Assembly: GCF_009914755.1 (NCBI RefSeq)
Contig: NC_060925.1
Reading direction: 5' to 3' (one strand)
DNA: 64,000 nt
Origin: the human T2T-CHM13v2.0 reference genome, Homo sapiens
Position numbers and translations under genes: made by a program. The notes beneath the pieces were generated by a model, which was not told the origin of the DNA, did no database searches, and worked only from the letters and a program-made list of their open reading frames with translations. The number at the start of each line of letters is the position of its first letter. Position 1 is the first letter of the stretch. This document shows positions 63,658-64,000 of the stretch, piece after piece.

Positions 63658-64000
63658 TGAAGGGGTGGCCTGCCCCTCCACACCTGTGGGTGTTTCTCGT
63701 CTGGTGGGACGAGAGACTGAGAAAAGAAAGAGACACAGAGACAAAGCATAGAGAAAGAAAAGTGGGCCCAGGGGACCGGGCGCTCAGTATACGGAGGACC
63801 CGCGCCGGCACTGGTCTCTGAGTTCCCTCAGTATTTATTGATCATTATCTCTACCATCTCAGAGAGGGGGATGTGGCAGGACAATAGGGTAATAGTGGGG
63901 AGAAGGTCAGCAGGAAAACATGTGACAAATGTCTCTGTGTCATAAACAAGGTTAAGAAAAAGGTGCTGTGCTTTGATGTGCCAATACATAAACATCTTGG
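63658..64000 (-). mobile_element. HERV-K(HML-2) LTR5A/B-type LTR, U5/R end, cut by the window edge
   Basis: Minus-strand end ...GGTGTGGAGGGGCAGGCCACCCCTTCA; AATAAA on minus at ~63834. No PBS follows, so it is a solo or 3' LTR. Confidence 0.82.

Overview
Primate (very probably human) genomic DNA from the epidermal differentiation complex on 1q21.3. The only intact protein-coding gene I can support is CRNN (cornulin, an S100 fused-type protein) on the minus strand. All three exons, the TATA box, splice sites and polyA signal can be read directly, and the spliced CDS is 495 aa. The rest is intergenic, repeat-rich DNA: an HMGN3 processed pseudogene split by an L1PA3-like insertion; a 5'-truncated L1PA2-like element whose ORF2 is one base short of intact; an internally deleted HERV-K(HML-3)/MER9 provirus with both LTRs, PBS and TSD; several solo LTRs; Alus, MIR/L2, a MER1B transposon and microsatellites. 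I found no new gene system. The most unusual signals are template-switch scars around 28.6-36.4 kb. A 110-bp piece of flanking host DNA is copied, inverted, into the provirus deletion junction. An LTR patch sits inside gag. Two duplications carry snap-back hairpins. Repeat subfamily names come from recalled consensus motifs and need RepeatMasker/Dfam confirmation.
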